Part shown: one piece after another, positions 51,866-62,345 of the stretch
How positions within the stretch are numbered: the stretch's first letter is position 1
Layout: each line of letters opens with the position of its first letter
Assembly: GCA_040005235.1 (NCBI GenBank)
Contig: JBDTZG010000019.1
Coordinates: forward strand, 32,144 to 96,143
Direction of reading: 5' to 3'
Length of the DNA: 64,000 bases
Origin: Acidobacteriota bacterium
GTDB lineage: Bacteria; Acidobacteriota; Thermoanaerobaculia; Multivoradales; UBA5704
Notes under the pieces: generated by a model
Databases searched by the model: none
Told to the model about the DNA's origin: nothing
The model's input: the letters and a program-made list of their open reading frames with translations, nothing else
Made by a program: the position numbers and the translations under genes

Positions 51866-54250
51866 ATGTTCGGCTCTATCCGTCTCGCTGTGCATCGAAT
51901 CCTGCAAGAGAAGCGGCGCAGCGCTCTCAACGCCGGCCTGATGGCGATCGGCATCGGAGCGGCCACCACCGCATTCGGCGTTCTCGATGCGGTCTTGTTG
52001 CAGCCTCTCCCGTACCTCGAGCCCGAGTCCCTGGTCGCGGTATCCAGTGCCAGCCCACAGAGGGGGATCGCGGATGCCAACGTCTCGATGGGTGACTTCG
52101 TCTATTGGCGGGAACGGTCGCGTTCTTTGCAGGCCGTCGCGGCATTGGGCTACGCCGAGCTTGTCCTCACGGGCGCAGGCGAACCCGAACGAGTTCCGAC
52201 CGCTGCAGTCTCTTGGAACTTCTTGAGCACGCTCGGCGTACGTCCCGTCCTAGGGCGAAACTTCCTGCCCGAGGAAGAGACTCCTGGCCGCGATCAAGTC
52301 GTCTTGCTGAGCCACGACTTCTGGAAGCGGCGATTTGGTGGCGACCAAGCCATCGTAGGCAGCAACCTCATTCTGAGTGGATACACCTTTGAGGTTGTTG
52401 GAGTCTTGCCTGCCGGTTTCTCCCCGTATGGCCTCCCCGTCGACTTCTGGTCGCCCATGTCGATCGATCACGATCATCTCGTCCGCCAGCGCCGAGGCAT
52501 CGGTGTCATCGGCCGCTTGCGTCCTGGGGTGACCCTTTCGGCGGTTCAAGAGGAAATGAAGATCCTATCGTCAAATCTCGAGAGCCAGTTTCCGGACACC
52601 AATTCGGGATGGAGCGCCGTCGTGACGCCCTTGAAACGCAAAGTGATTGGAGACAGCAGAGCCACGGTCCTGATCATGTTCATCGCGGCGCTCGCCGTTC
52701 TCCTACTCGCGGTCGGTAACATGGCGAACCTAATGCTCACAGACTCTCTCGGTCGGCGCCATGAAGTAATGATTCGGCAGGCTCTGGGAGCCCGGCGATT
52801 CGACGTCGCCAAACCCCAGTTGTTCGAGAACCTCCTCCTCGCTGCCTGCGGCAGCGGCGCGGGGCTTTTTCTCGCAAAAATCGATCTCGCTGTGATCGCC
52901 TCTCAGAACTCTTTGCAAGTGCCTCGTCTGCGTGATGCGCACGTTGGACCCGAAGCGCTCGTTTTTGCTCTCGGTCTGACGTTCGGAATCGCCTTCGCTC
53001 TTGGCTTAATCCCTACGCTCTTCGTCGAACGAGGTGCAGCCAAAGCATTGCGCTCTCAGGGAGCCTCGACAGGTGAACGAGCCGCGGCGGGAGTGGTCGT
53101 TGCGGAGATAACTCTAGCTTATGTTCTGCTGGTAAGCGCGGTTCTCCTGACGCGTACTTTTCGCGAGATATCGAATATCGATCCCGGTTTTCAGGCGAAA
53201 AATCTCGTTGTGCTGAACATCTCGCTGCCAATGAACAAATACGTGGATGACGAGCATCAACTTGCCTTCTTTCACCAAGTGATTGCCAGCCTTCGCCAAA
53301 TGCCCCAAGTTGAGGGCGCTGCAGCGAGCTCCAATGTGCCCCTCAATCGCGCCGCACTCAATATCGATGTCCCTGTCAGTCCCTCTCAGGCTCAGTCGAA
53401 CACGGAGCGCGACGAGAGGGCGGCTCTGCGCCTGATCACTCCTGAACTGTTTACCACGATGAAAATCGCGATGAAGGCGGGCCGAGACTTTACCGAGCTC
53501 GACAATCTCACAGCGAAGCGCGTGGCGATTGTCAACGACGTCTTGGCCAAAAGACTCTGGCCCACGAAATCGGCGGTCGGCGAGCCCATTCGGTTGTCTT
53601 ACGAGGGAGAGGCCGACTATGAGGTCGTGGGGGTCGTCAGCAACGTCAGGCGGGGGGCGGCAGAACGCGACGTCGTACCCGAAGTCTTTCTGAGTTACAG
53701 CCAACATCCTCAGTTCTTCGCGAGCCTGGTCGTCAGGGTGCGCGGCGGCACCGAGGCCTCGATCGGAGCTCTTAAGTCAGCCGTCTGGGCAGTGGACCGT
53801 GATCAGGACATGACGGTCAAGACGATGGAAGGACTGGTCGCTGACGAGCGCTCGCCAAGAAGCTTCCTAGTCAACCAGCTCGCAGTCCTATCGACTGTCG
53901 CACTGTTGATCGCGGCGCTGGGCATCTTCAGCGTCATCTCCTACGCCGCGCAAAAGCAGCGCTTTGCGCTTGGCATTCGTATTGCGCTCGGGGCTACAAG
54001 AGGGAGTGTTCTCAGAGCCCTGCTCTCAAGAATCCTACGCCTCGCGTCCGCAGGACTGGTTCTCGGAATGGTCCTCGCGTACTTCGTCGCCCACCTACTC
54101 GCACGGGCCTTCTTTCAGCTGAAGGAAGTAGATCCCTGGTCGCTCTCCGTCGCGCTCGTGGTGCTGGCGGTCGCTGCCCTGGCAGGAAGCTACCTCCCCG
54201 TGCGTAGCGCCCTCAGGACCGACCCGCTTCTCGTCCTTCGGAAAGCCTAG
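51866..54250 (+). CDS. ADOP/MacB-like duplicated ABC permease
   Basis: IGIGAATTAF..VLLQPLPY, LGVRPVLGRNF, IRQALGA, IDPGF, VVGVVSNVR, GIRIALGA, ALRTDP; no ATPase gene adjacent. Confidence 0.88.
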   Translation: MFGSIRLAVHRILQEKRRSALNAGLMAIGIGAATTAFGVLDAVLLQPLPYLEPESLVAVSSASPQRGIADANVSMGDFVYWRERSRSLQAVAALGYAELVLTGAGEPERVPTAAVSWNFLSTLGVRPVLGRNFLPEEETPGRDQVVLLSHDFWKRRFGGDQAIVGSNLILSGYTFEVVGVLPAGFSPYGLPVDFWSPMSIDHDHLVRQRRGIGVIGRLRPGVTLSAVQEEMKILSSNLESQFPDTNSGWSAVVTPLKRKVIGDSRATVLIMFIAALAVLLLAVGNMANLMLTDSLGRRHEVMIRQALGARRFDVAKPQLFENLLLAACGSGAGLFLAKIDLAVIASQNSLQVPRLRDAHVGPEALVFALGLTFGIAFALGLIPTLFVERGAAKALRSQGASTGERAAAGVVVAEITLAYVLLVSAVLLTRTFREISNIDPGFQAKNLVVLNISLPMNKYVDDEHQLAFFHQVIASLRQMPQVEGAAASSNVPLNRAALNIDVPVSPSQAQSNTERDERAALRLITPELFTTMKIAMKAGRDFTELDNLTAKRVAIVNDVLAKRLWPTKSAVGEPIRLSYEGEADYEVVGVVSNVRRGAAERDVVPEVFLSYSQHPQFFASLVVRVRGGTEASIGALKSAVWAVDRDQDMTVKTMEGLVADERSPRSFLVNQLAVLSTVALLIAALGIFSVISYAAQKQRFALGIRIALGATRGSVLRALLSRILRLASAGLVLGMVLAYFVAHLLARAFFQLKEVDPWSLSVALVVLAVAALAGSYLPVRSALRTDPLLVLRKA

Positions 54251-54258
54251 AAGGCCCA

Positions 54259-55530
54259 TCAATGCTCCTGCCAGGTCAAGAATTCTCGGAACGAAGTACT
54301 CGCCGTCATCGAGAGAGAAACCAACAGACTCGCGAGACCGCAGAGTATGTAGATCTTCGGAATTCCGCCGTGAGAGAGGTCCCCGAGCACACCCCCTGCG
54401 GCCATTCCCAGCGGAGAGACAGCGCGACTCATCGCAATCAAAAGGCTCATCACGCGGCCCCGCAGCTCGCTCGGGGTGGACGCCTGAAAAAGTGTGATCA
54501 CGGTCACATTCACCAGGCCGCTGGTCACGCCTACCCCGAACAGAACCACGATCGCGCCAGGTACCGATTGCAACCACCCGAGCAGTACAAAGAGGAGCGA
54601 AGTCGCGAGAAGGCACGCGATCGTGACGAGTCCGCGGCGTCGGCCCGTCAAGCCGAGAGCCCCAGGCAGTGCCGAACCGAGCAGGCCGCCGATTGCAAAG
54701 GCGGCCATCAAATATCCGTAGAAATCAATCCGCGCAGAGAGCGTCTCCTCAACATAGAACGGCAGGAGCACAAAGATCGGCATGAAGAAGAAGTTCAGCG
54801 ATGCCGAGGTCCAAAGGTACTTCCACATCCCCGGCCTCGATCGCACATAGCGGAGTCCCTCGCGGGTCGCCTCGAGATAGTTCCTCAGCACCTGGGCCGA
54901 GGCCGCGGGAGCGCGCAAGGAAGGGACTGGAAACTTTGTCAAGGTAACGCTGAATGCGGAGACAAGAAACGTGATCCCATCAAGGGCGCAAAGCACAGGC
55001 GCGCCCAAGATTCGATAAAGAGAACCGGCTCCCGCTTGCCCCACGAACACCACCAGTCGCGACGAGACCTGATTGAAGGAAGCTGCCCCCGCGATTCGTG
55101 CTTTGGGGACAAGATCTGGGATGGTCGCTGAGATCGCGGGCGCAAAGGCAGCATTGACGACCGAATTGAATACCGCCACCACGAAGAAAAGGAGAACCAA
55201 CCATGACTTAGGACCGTGCCAAAGAAAAAGCACTGCCGAAAGCAATATCAAGTCGAGCCCGCGAGCGAGGTCGGCGACGAGCAGGATCTGACGCCTGGAG
55301 TGGCGATCGGCCAGCGCTCCCGCGAAGGGACCAACGAGCAGGGCGGGCAAGGAGGAGAGCATCATGAGCAGACCCACAACACTAGCGGAACCGGTCGCTT
55401 CCTTGATCCAGAACATCATCACCACCAGGAAAGCTTGATCGCCGACCTGGCTCACGACTTGACCTGACCAAAGGGTAAGAAAGTTTACATTGAGCAGGCG
55501 AGTTGGCGAGTCGGGCGCACGATCGCTCAT
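54259..55530 (-). CDS. MFS efflux transporter (DHA3/MefA-like)
   Basis: NFLTLWSGQVVSQVGD, GPFAGALADRHSRR, about 12 TMs, PSELRGRV. Confidence 0.88.
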   Translation of the reverse strand: MSDRAPDSPTRLLNVNFLTLWSGQVVSQVGDQAFLVVMMFWIKEATGSASVVGLLMMLSSLPALLVGPFAGALADRHSRRQILLVADLARGLDLILLSAVLFLWHGPKSWLVLLFFVVAVFNSVVNAAFAPAISATIPDLVPKARIAGAASFNQVSSRLVVFVGQAGAGSLYRILGAPVLCALDGITFLVSAFSVTLTKFPVPSLRAPAASAQVLRNYLEATREGLRYVRSRPGMWKYLWTSASLNFFFMPIFVLLPFYVEETLSARIDFYGYLMAAFAIGGLLGSALPGALGLTGRRRGLVTIACLLATSLLFVLLGWLQSVPGAIVVLFGVGVTSGLVNVTVITLFQASTPSELRGRVMSLLIAMSRAVSPLGMAAGGVLGDLSHGGIPKIYILCGLASLLVSLSMTASTSFREFLTWQEH

Positions 55531-55610
55531 GAAAGTGAATATGTCTGGGAGGAGAGTCAATGTCAAGCGAGACAAACGCGCACGAAAAACTCTCTAAGAG
55601 GAGGTTTGCG

Positions 55611-56726
55611 ATGAAAAAAATCGTTCTTGCCTCGGTGCTCGCTTTCGCCGCACCAACGCTGCTCGCAGCTGCCACTCCACCGATCGAATCTGCCGGCGAC
55701 GTCAGACTTGTCCGCGTGAACTGTGCACGCGGGGAGACCGTTGGCCGAGCCATCCAGCAGACGGACGAAGCCAAGAGGGCCGAAATTCACTTCGTTGGTA
55801 CCTGCCAAGAAGACACCTTGATCGAGCGTGATGACCTGACGATCTCGGGCGAGGGCTCCGGCTCCATCTTGGTTGGCTTGATGGATGTTCGCGCCTCGCA
55901 ACGCATTACTCTGCGAAACTTCAAGGTTATCGGAGTTCCAGGAGCCCCCTTCGACACCAACAAAGGGGGAATCAACATCATCGAGGGCTCATCGGTGACC
56001 GTCCTGAATGTTCGTATCGAAAACATCAAGGCGCGCGCACTGCAAGTCAACGAATCGACCGCGCGACTCAAGGACATCAGCATCGACAAAGCACAGGCGG
56101 GCGCGTTCGTTTTCAGAGCGTCCCAGCTTGCTCTCGAGGGGAGCCTCACTGCCACAAATAGCGTTTTCGGCATGAGCTTTCTCTACTCGGGTGCAGCCGC
56201 GAAAAGCGCGGACATCACTCTGAACAACAATCTCTTTGGACTGCTGGTCCAAGTCAACGGCTCGTTGGAACATGTTACCGGCCATCTCGCCGCGAACAAC
56301 AACTTCATCGGCATCGTTCTCGCGGGCCATGGTGCATTGGCGTACGGGAGCCACATCAAAGTGAAAGGGAATACTGGGTACGGTATCTTTCTCGACGAAG
56401 GCTCTAGCCTGACGCCCCTGATTGGAGCGCCCGAAGGGCCTACGCTGGTCATCACGGATAACCCGAGCGTTGGTATTACGGTCGAGAGAGGCTCGACGTG
56501 CGAGCTCGCTGGTTTGGGAACCATCAGACGCAACGGCGTCGGCGTGCAGGTCGATAATAGCGTCCTTCGAATGGCGGATACGGTGGTCAGCGGCAACGCG
56601 ACGAACCTCAAACTGGCCTTTGGCGCCAAGGCGGAGTTCCTGGGCAACGCGAACAACGTGGCGACCCCGATCGAATGTGATGCCACGGTTCTCACCCGCG
56701 GCAGCCTGGCTTGCGGTCCGCCTTGA
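55611..56726 (+). CDS. Secreted right-handed beta-helix repeat protein
   Basis: GAGGAGG RBS, signal peptide, VNCARGETVGRAI, GTCQE, repeated NN.GI strands. Confidence 0.72.
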   Translation: MKKIVLASVLAFAAPTLLAAATPPIESAGDVRLVRVNCARGETVGRAIQQTDEAKRAEIHFVGTCQEDTLIERDDLTISGEGSGSILVGLMDVRASQRITLRNFKVIGVPGAPFDTNKGGINIIEGSSVTVLNVRIENIKARALQVNESTARLKDISIDKAQAGAFVFRASQLALEGSLTATNSVFGMSFLYSGAAAKSADITLNNNLFGLLVQVNGSLEHVTGHLAANNNFIGIVLAGHGALAYGSHIKVKGNTGYGIFLDEGSSLTPLIGAPEGPTLVITDNPSVGITVERGSTCELAGLGTIRRNGVGVQVDNSVLRMADTVVSGNATNLKLAFGAKAEFLGNANNVATPIECDATVLTRGSLACGPP

Positions 56727-56774
56727 TCCGTTCACCGCGAGTCGATCGAGGCCGTCAGCAGGGAGAAGAAGACC

Positions 56775-57227
56775 ATGAGGGAGCTGGAGTTGACGACGAC
56801 GCGGCGACGGGTGCTTGGAGCCGCAGTGGCGAGAATCTTGCCGTCCGACGATGGCCCCGGCGCTCGCGAGACGGGGGTCGCCGAATACATCGTTGGCGCG
56901 CTCGCCGAGCGGATGAATCGTCATAACATTCCGCTTTTCGAGCGCGGGCTCGACTTTCTCGAGGTCCTCGCGCAAGGAAGGGCGAGCAGGGAGTTTTGTT
57001 CTTGCTCGCCATCGCAGCAGGACGAGATCCTGCGCGAGGCTCAAGAGTTCCCCAACAACGACGCGCGGCGATTTTTCGCGCAGTTGGTCCTTCTCTCTTT
57101 GGAGGGCTTCTTGTGCGACCCTCAACATGGTGGCAACCAGGGCCACTTGGGATGGCGCTACCTCGGCCTCTCGCCTGAGGGAGTCCAACTCGGCAACTGC
57201 ACCAAGGAGCCGTCATGGAGGACGTGA
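56775..57227 (+). CDS. Gluconate 2-dehydrogenase subunit 3-family protein
   Basis: RILPSDDGPGARETGVAEYI, FF..L..LSLEGFLCDPQHGGN...GWRYLG. Confidence 0.85.
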   Translation: MRELELTTTRRRVLGAAVARILPSDDGPGARETGVAEYIVGALAERMNRHNIPLFERGLDFLEVLAQGRASREFCSCSPSQQDEILREAQEFPNNDARRFFAQLVLLSLEGFLCDPQHGGNQGHLGWRYLGLSPEGVQLGNCTKEPSWRT

Positions 57228-58861
57228 TCATCATTGGCAGCGGTGCCGGGGGTGGGCCGTTGGCTCTGACTTTGTCGCTCGCAGGTTTTCGCACCCTGGT
57301 TCTCGAGAAGGGTCCCGAGGTGGAACGCGCGCAGTTTCCTCACGACGAGCTGGCAGGAACCTGGAGAAGCGCCTTGCTCCCTTCTTTGGGCGAGGAGCCG
57401 CACGTAATCGTACGAGACGGTTTCGCCGCTCCACGGCACGGCAGCGTCGGTTGGGTGGCCTGCTGCGTCGGGGGCGGCACCGTTCACATGGGGGCCTATT
57501 TTGGCCGCTTTCAGGCGGACGACTTTCGGATGAGAAGCCGCTTTGGCGACTATGAGCAGCTCGCGGACTGGCCCTACGGCTACGACGACCTCGAGCCTTA
57601 CTATTGCCGCGCGGAGTGGGAGATTGGCGTCGCAGGCGAAGCAGATGCCAACCCCTTCGAGGGGCGGCGATCACGCCCCTACCCGATGCCCCCTCTCGAC
57701 TCCAACCCTCTGGCAGGCTTTCTCGATCAGGCCTGCGCTCGCCACGGCCTGCACCCTTTTCCGACGCCGCGAGGCGTCAACTCTGTTCCTTATCAAGGTC
57801 GGCCCGCCTGTTCGTACTGCCACTTCTGTGCGGGGTATGGGTGCCGAACGGGTGCCAAGGGTTCGACTCAGGAGACTCTCTTGGCCAGGGCTCGTCAAAC
57901 AGGAAACTGCACGGTTCTGCCCCTGGCCAGGGTGCGAGAGATCTTGGTAGACCGATACGGTTGGGCGAAGGGGTGTATATATCTCGATGCCGAAGGTTGC
58001 GAGCAGGAAGTACAGTCGCGAGTCGTTTGCGTCTGCTGTTCGGCCGTCGAGTCCGCGCGCCTCCTTTTGCTATCGAAGTCGCCGCAGTTTCCCAAGGGCC
58101 TGGCGAATCAAACGGGGCTGGTTGGCCAAAACCTTCAGTTTCAGTCGACTTCGTCAGGCCAGGCGAAATTTTTCCGCGGGAAGCATCCGACGGAGATGTT
58201 CTCGCATCAGAACCCTTTTGTCGGGCGTGCTCTCATGGACTACTACTTTCTCCCCGACGGTGTTTCCGACTTGCCGAAGGGCGGCATGATGGTCTTTCGT
58301 CACGCAGGATTGGGACCAATCCTGCGGTCGATTCTCCTCGCGCAGCAAGGCGGCAAGACGCAGTGGGGTATGCCGCTCAAGACCCATCTCCACGAGTTTT
58401 TTCACGAGGTGCATCCAATCGAGATCGAGCTTTACCACGATTTCATTCCCAACGCAGGGACCTATGTGGAACTCGATCCTGAGGTCTGCGACAAGTGGGG
58501 TTTACCCGTGGCGCGGATCAACATCCAGACCCCTGATCACCACGCTCGGGCGGGTGGTTGGGTGGTCGATCGTGGTCTGGACGTGATGACGACCCTCGGG
58601 GCGGACGAGGTCAATCGCCTCTTCATCGGGGAAGTCGCTGGTTTCTTGGTCCACGGCACGTGCCGTGCCGGAAGGGACCCGCGGACTTCGGTGCTGAACG
58701 AATACTGCCAGTCCCACGAGGTACCCAACCTGTTCGTCGTGGACGGCAGCTTCATGCCCACGTCGGGAGGCGTTCCGCCGACACTCACCATTCTGGCCAA
58801 TAGCTTTCGAACGGCGGACTTCATCGTCGCGGAGGCGAAGCGAGGGAGATTTCGATTGTGA
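57215..58861 (+). CDS. GMC-family oxidoreductase
   Basis: IIGSGAGG, VGGGTVH, WPYGYDDLEPYY, CSYCHFCAGYGC, HGTCRAG, NLFVVDGSFMPTSGG..PTLTILAN. Confidence 0.9.
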   Translation: MEDVIIIGSGAGGGPLALTLSLAGFRTLVLEKGPEVERAQFPHDELAGTWRSALLPSLGEEPHVIVRDGFAAPRHGSVGWVACCVGGGTVHMGAYFGRFQADDFRMRSRFGDYEQLADWPYGYDDLEPYYCRAEWEIGVAGEADANPFEGRRSRPYPMPPLDSNPLAGFLDQACARHGLHPFPTPRGVNSVPYQGRPACSYCHFCAGYGCRTGAKGSTQETLLARARQTGNCTVLPLARVREILVDRYGWAKGCIYLDAEGCEQEVQSRVVCVCCSAVESARLLLLSKSPQFPKGLANQTGLVGQNLQFQSTSSGQAKFFRGKHPTEMFSHQNPFVGRALMDYYFLPDGVSDLPKGGMMVFRHAGLGPILRSILLAQQGGKTQWGMPLKTHLHEFFHEVHPIEIELYHDFIPNAGTYVELDPEVCDKWGLPVARINIQTPDHHARAGGWVVDRGLDVMTTLGADEVNRLFIGEVAGFLVHGTCRAGRDPRTSVLNEYCQSHEVPNLFVVDGSFMPTSGGVPPTLTILANSFRTADFIVAEAKRGRFRL

Positions 58862-58920
58862 CTTCTACCCGATCTCGAAGAAGGCCTCTGCTTTCTGGGA
58901 TAGAGCGAACGGGCCCAACC

Positions 58921-61900
58921 CTATCGCCCCGGAGTCCACGGCGCGCCCGCCGCAGCGAAAGCTTCTTCCAAACGCGCGAGGTCGCCCGCGATCAGAGCTT
59001 TCAAGTCGGGCTCCAGGGTGGCCAGCCCCGCCTCGGCGATTTCGATATCGCGCGCTTGAGTGGCCGTCGGCATCTGCCGCGTCTCCCAATGTCCGTCCTT
59101 CACGCCCGAGACGCGGTCGCCGATCGACGGGGTGTCCGATTCGTTGAGTTTTTGGCGCGCCGGGTCGCCTAAGAGCCGCAGGCCGATCTCGGCGACGGCG
59201 CGGCTCACCGCGTCCAGCTGGGCATAGAGGGCAGGGTCCGCCTTGGGCGTTTCGGCCAACGTGGCCCGCATGTGCTTGAGCTGGTCCTTCAGCTCATCCA
59301 GCTTGGCCGAGGCGGACGACACCCTGCGCAGCGCCTCCGCCGTCCTCTCCTGGAAAGCGGCGACCGCCTGCGGGTCGGTGCCGGGGGCGAGGTTCGCGAC
59401 CGGCTTTACCTCGAACGATTGGGGTGTCGCGAGCGAACGGACGCCGCTCGCCGACACGATCATCAGCTCGGCCGTGTAGCGCCCGGGGGCGACCAGCGGC
59501 CCTTTCGAGGGCTGGTCAAAGGGCGACTGGAAGGCGGGAGGAACGAGCACGACCGGCTCCGGGTTGGCGCCCCGCAGATCCCAGTTCACTCTTTGAAGCC
59601 CAACTTTCGCCGGCCCTTCAATCCATCGCACTCTTTTGCCCGATGCATCCGAAACGACCACGATCACCTTGGGTTTCTGCTCCAGGTCTTCAGAGCGCAG
59701 CCGGTCGAAACCGGGAAACGGCGCGTCGGTGGCCTTTTCGGCGAGCGCCTTTTCACCCTTCTGCCGCACCTCGTGTGAGGTCGTCGGCGCCTCGCGCAGG
59801 TAATAGGTGAAGAGAGCGCCCTGCGGCGGGTTCGGGGCGGTGAAATCGTCGGTCCCCTGCTCCGGCCGCCCGGGCGCTTGGCCCGGCTGCCAGGGAACGA
59901 ACCACCAGGCGGTCCGGATAGGGAAGAGCACTCCCTCTCCTTCGAATCCGGAGGCGGTCAGTTGCCGCAGCGGCGTGTAATCGTCGAGCAAGTAGATTCC
60001 GCGGCCGAAGCTCGCGCCGACCAAGTCGTCGTCGCGCCGCTGGATTTTCACGTCGCGGAACGGGATCGTCGGCAGGCCGCCCATCTTCGTCCAATGGGTG
60101 CCGTGGTCGATCGTGAAGTAGATGCCGAATTCGGTGCCAAGAAAGAAAAGATCGGCCCGGACCTGGTCCTGCTGGATCGCCCAGGCGATCGTCCCCTTTG
60201 GCAGGTCGCCCGCCATCGAACGCCACGAGCGGCCGAGGTCGGCGCTCTCGAAAACGTAGGGCGCAAAGTCGCCGGTCTTGTGGTTGTCGGCCACCACGTA
60301 GAGGGTGGAACCGTCGGTGACCGACATCTCGATGCGGTTGATGAACGAAAACGCCGGCAACCCTGGAAGGGGGGCGGTACGGCTCCAGCTCTCGCCGCCG
60401 TTCGCGGTCACCTGCACCAGGCCGTCGTCCGTGCCTACGCCCAAAACCCCTTCCTTCACCGGCGACTCAGAGATCGCCGTGGTGGTCGCGTACTTGGACA
60501 TCGCGTTGTTGTCGAACAGGGAATCGACACTCCACACCCGCCCCATGAACTTCTGTTCGTAGCGGTTTCGCCCTTGGGTCAGGTCGCCGCTGATGGGAGT
60601 CCAGCTGCTGCCCCGGTCGTCGCTTCGCCACACTCGCTGCGAGGCGTAGTAGATCCGGTTCGGGTGATGCGGGCTCACCAGGATCGGCGAATCCCAACCC
60701 CACCGTTCGGACGCGTCGCCGTCGGCGGGCTGGGGCTGAATCCTCAAGCCCTCGTCGTCTCGCCGATTCTTGCGGAAGAGGTTCCCCTCCTGCGACATCA
60801 GATACATCAGATCCGGGTCTTCCGGGTCGAACGCGACACCATAGCCATCGGCGCCGAACGGCACGTACCAATCCTGATTGCGAATGCCGTCGCGGTTGAG
60901 TGTCCGGGAAGGGCCGAAGAGGGTTCCCAGATCCTGCGCGCCGCCCAAAATGTCGTAGAACGGCTCGCGGTTGTTGAGCGCGATTTTGTAGAACTGAGAG
61001 ACCGGCAGGTTCGGGAAATGGCGCCAGGCCTCCCCCTCGTCGAAGCTCTCGTAGAGCCCGGCGTCGGTGCCCACCAGCATGTGACGGCCGTTCTTCGGAT
61101 CGATCCACAGCGCATGGTTGTCGCTATGCTTGTCGTTGCCGGATTCCAAATAGTCCATGGTCTTCCCGCCGTCGCGGGTCACGTGGAGGAAGACGTCCAT
61201 CTGATAGACCAGATCGGCGTTGCTCGGAGAAGCCTCGATTTCCTGGTAGTAGTGAGGGCCGGTGCCGCCCGAGATGTAATCGGTCCGCTTCTCCCAGCTC
61301 TCCCCCCGGTCGCGCGAGCGATAAAAACCTCGCTCCTCTTTGTTCGCCTCGATCGTGGCGTAGACCAACGAGGGATCGGCCGGAGTGACGGCCAAGCCGA
61401 TCTTTCCCATGTCCCCTTTCGGCAGGCCGCTCGTCACCTGGCGCCAGCTCTTGCCGTTGTCGGTCGATTTCCAGATTCCCGATTTCGGCCCGCCGCCCAA
61501 GAACCCCCAAACATGGCGCCGCCGCTCATACGCCGCGGCGTAAACGACATCCGGATTGCCCGGCTCGAGTTCCAAGTCGGTCACCCCAGTGTTCTCGTCG
61601 ATTTGCAGCACAGCCGACCAGGTGGTGCCGCCGTCGGTGGTTCGATAGACCCCCCGCTCGCCCCCCGCCGACCAGAGCGGCCCTTCGGAGGCCACCAAAA
61701 CGACGTTGCCGTCGCGAGGGTCCACCAGAATGCGGCCGATGTGCTGCGAAGAGGCCAGCCCCATCCGCTGCCAAGAATGGCCGGCGTCGCGGCTGCGATA
61801 CACCCCGTCGCCCCAACCGACATGCCGGCCGCTGACGTTTTCGCCCGTCCCCACCCAAACGACATCCGGGTTCGTCGGATCGATCGTGATCACCCCGATC

Positions 61901-62193
61901 GAGTACGACGCCTGATCGTCAAAAATCGGCGTCCAGGTCACCCCGGCATTGGTGGTCTTCCAAACCCCGCCCGAACCCGCCGCCACGTACCAGATCCCCT
62001 GCACCGTCGGATGAACCGCGATATCGGAAATCCGCCCGCTCATGAACCCCGGTCCAAGGCTCCGAAACGGCAGAGAGGAGGCCACCTTGGCGAGCGGGGA
62101 CTCGGCTGCCTTGGCGGCGGTGGGCAGAGAGTCGGCGGCCTGGGAAGCGAGGGGTGTAAGGAGGGCGGCGAGGGCCAAGAGGAACGTGCGCAT
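58921..62193 (-). CDS. Secreted BNR/Asp-box (VPS10/sortilin-like) glycosyl hydrolase-like protein
   Basis: Signal peptide; GRISDIAV, GGVWKTTNAGVTW, repeated SxDxGxSW, HSDNHALWIDP, GTEFG, ASFGRG. Confidence 0.85.
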   Translation of the reverse strand: MRTFLLALAALLTPLASQAADSLPTAAKAAESPLAKVASSLPFRSLGPGFMSGRISDIAVHPTVQGIWYVAAGSGGVWKTTNAGVTWTPIFDDQASYSIGVITIDPTNPDVVWVGTGENVSGRHVGWGDGVYRSRDAGHSWQRMGLASSQHIGRILVDPRDGNVVLVASEGPLWSAGGERGVYRTTDGGTTWSAVLQIDENTGVTDLELEPGNPDVVYAAAYERRRHVWGFLGGGPKSGIWKSTDNGKSWRQVTSGLPKGDMGKIGLAVTPADPSLVYATIEANKEERGFYRSRDRGESWEKRTDYISGGTGPHYYQEIEASPSNADLVYQMDVFLHVTRDGGKTMDYLESGNDKHSDNHALWIDPKNGRHMLVGTDAGLYESFDEGEAWRHFPNLPVSQFYKIALNNREPFYDILGGAQDLGTLFGPSRTLNRDGIRNQDWYVPFGADGYGVAFDPEDPDLMYLMSQEGNLFRKNRRDDEGLRIQPQPADGDASERWGWDSPILVSPHHPNRIYYASQRVWRSDDRGSSWTPISGDLTQGRNRYEQKFMGRVWSVDSLFDNNAMSKYATTTAISESPVKEGVLGVGTDDGLVQVTANGGESWSRTAPLPGLPAFSFINRIEMSVTDGSTLYVVADNHKTGDFAPYVFESADLGRSWRSMAGDLPKGTIAWAIQQDQVRADLFFLGTEFGIYFTIDHGTHWTKMGGLPTIPFRDVKIQRRDDDLVGASFGRGIYLLDDYTPLRQLTASGFEGEGVLFPIRTAWWFVPWQPGQAPGRPEQGTDDFTAPNPPQGALFTYYLREAPTTSHEVRQKGEKALAEKATDAPFPGFDRLRSEDLEQKPKVIVVVSDASGKRVRWIEGPAKVGLQRVNWDLRGANPEPVVLVPPAFQSPFDQPSKGPLVAPGRYTAELMIVSASGVRSLATPQSFEVKPVANLAPGTDPQAVAAFQERTAEALRRVSSASAKLDELKDQLKHMRATLAETPKADPALYAQLDAVSRAVAEIGLRLLGDPARQKLNESDTPSIGDRVSGVKDGHWETRQMPTATQARDIEIAEAGLATLEPDLKALIAGDLARLEEAFAAAGAPWTPGR

Positions 62194-62345
62194 GATCGAA
62201 GTCCTGTAGTTCGGGGAGGTCCGCGATCGACGTTAGCACGAGCACCGGGCCGGCCGCGGCGACGTGTCGCCGCGCACCACGAGCGGTCGAAGGCCGAGGT
62301 CACTTCGCGCAGGCGTTCTTTGATTCCGCGCTTCCTCTTCGAGGC

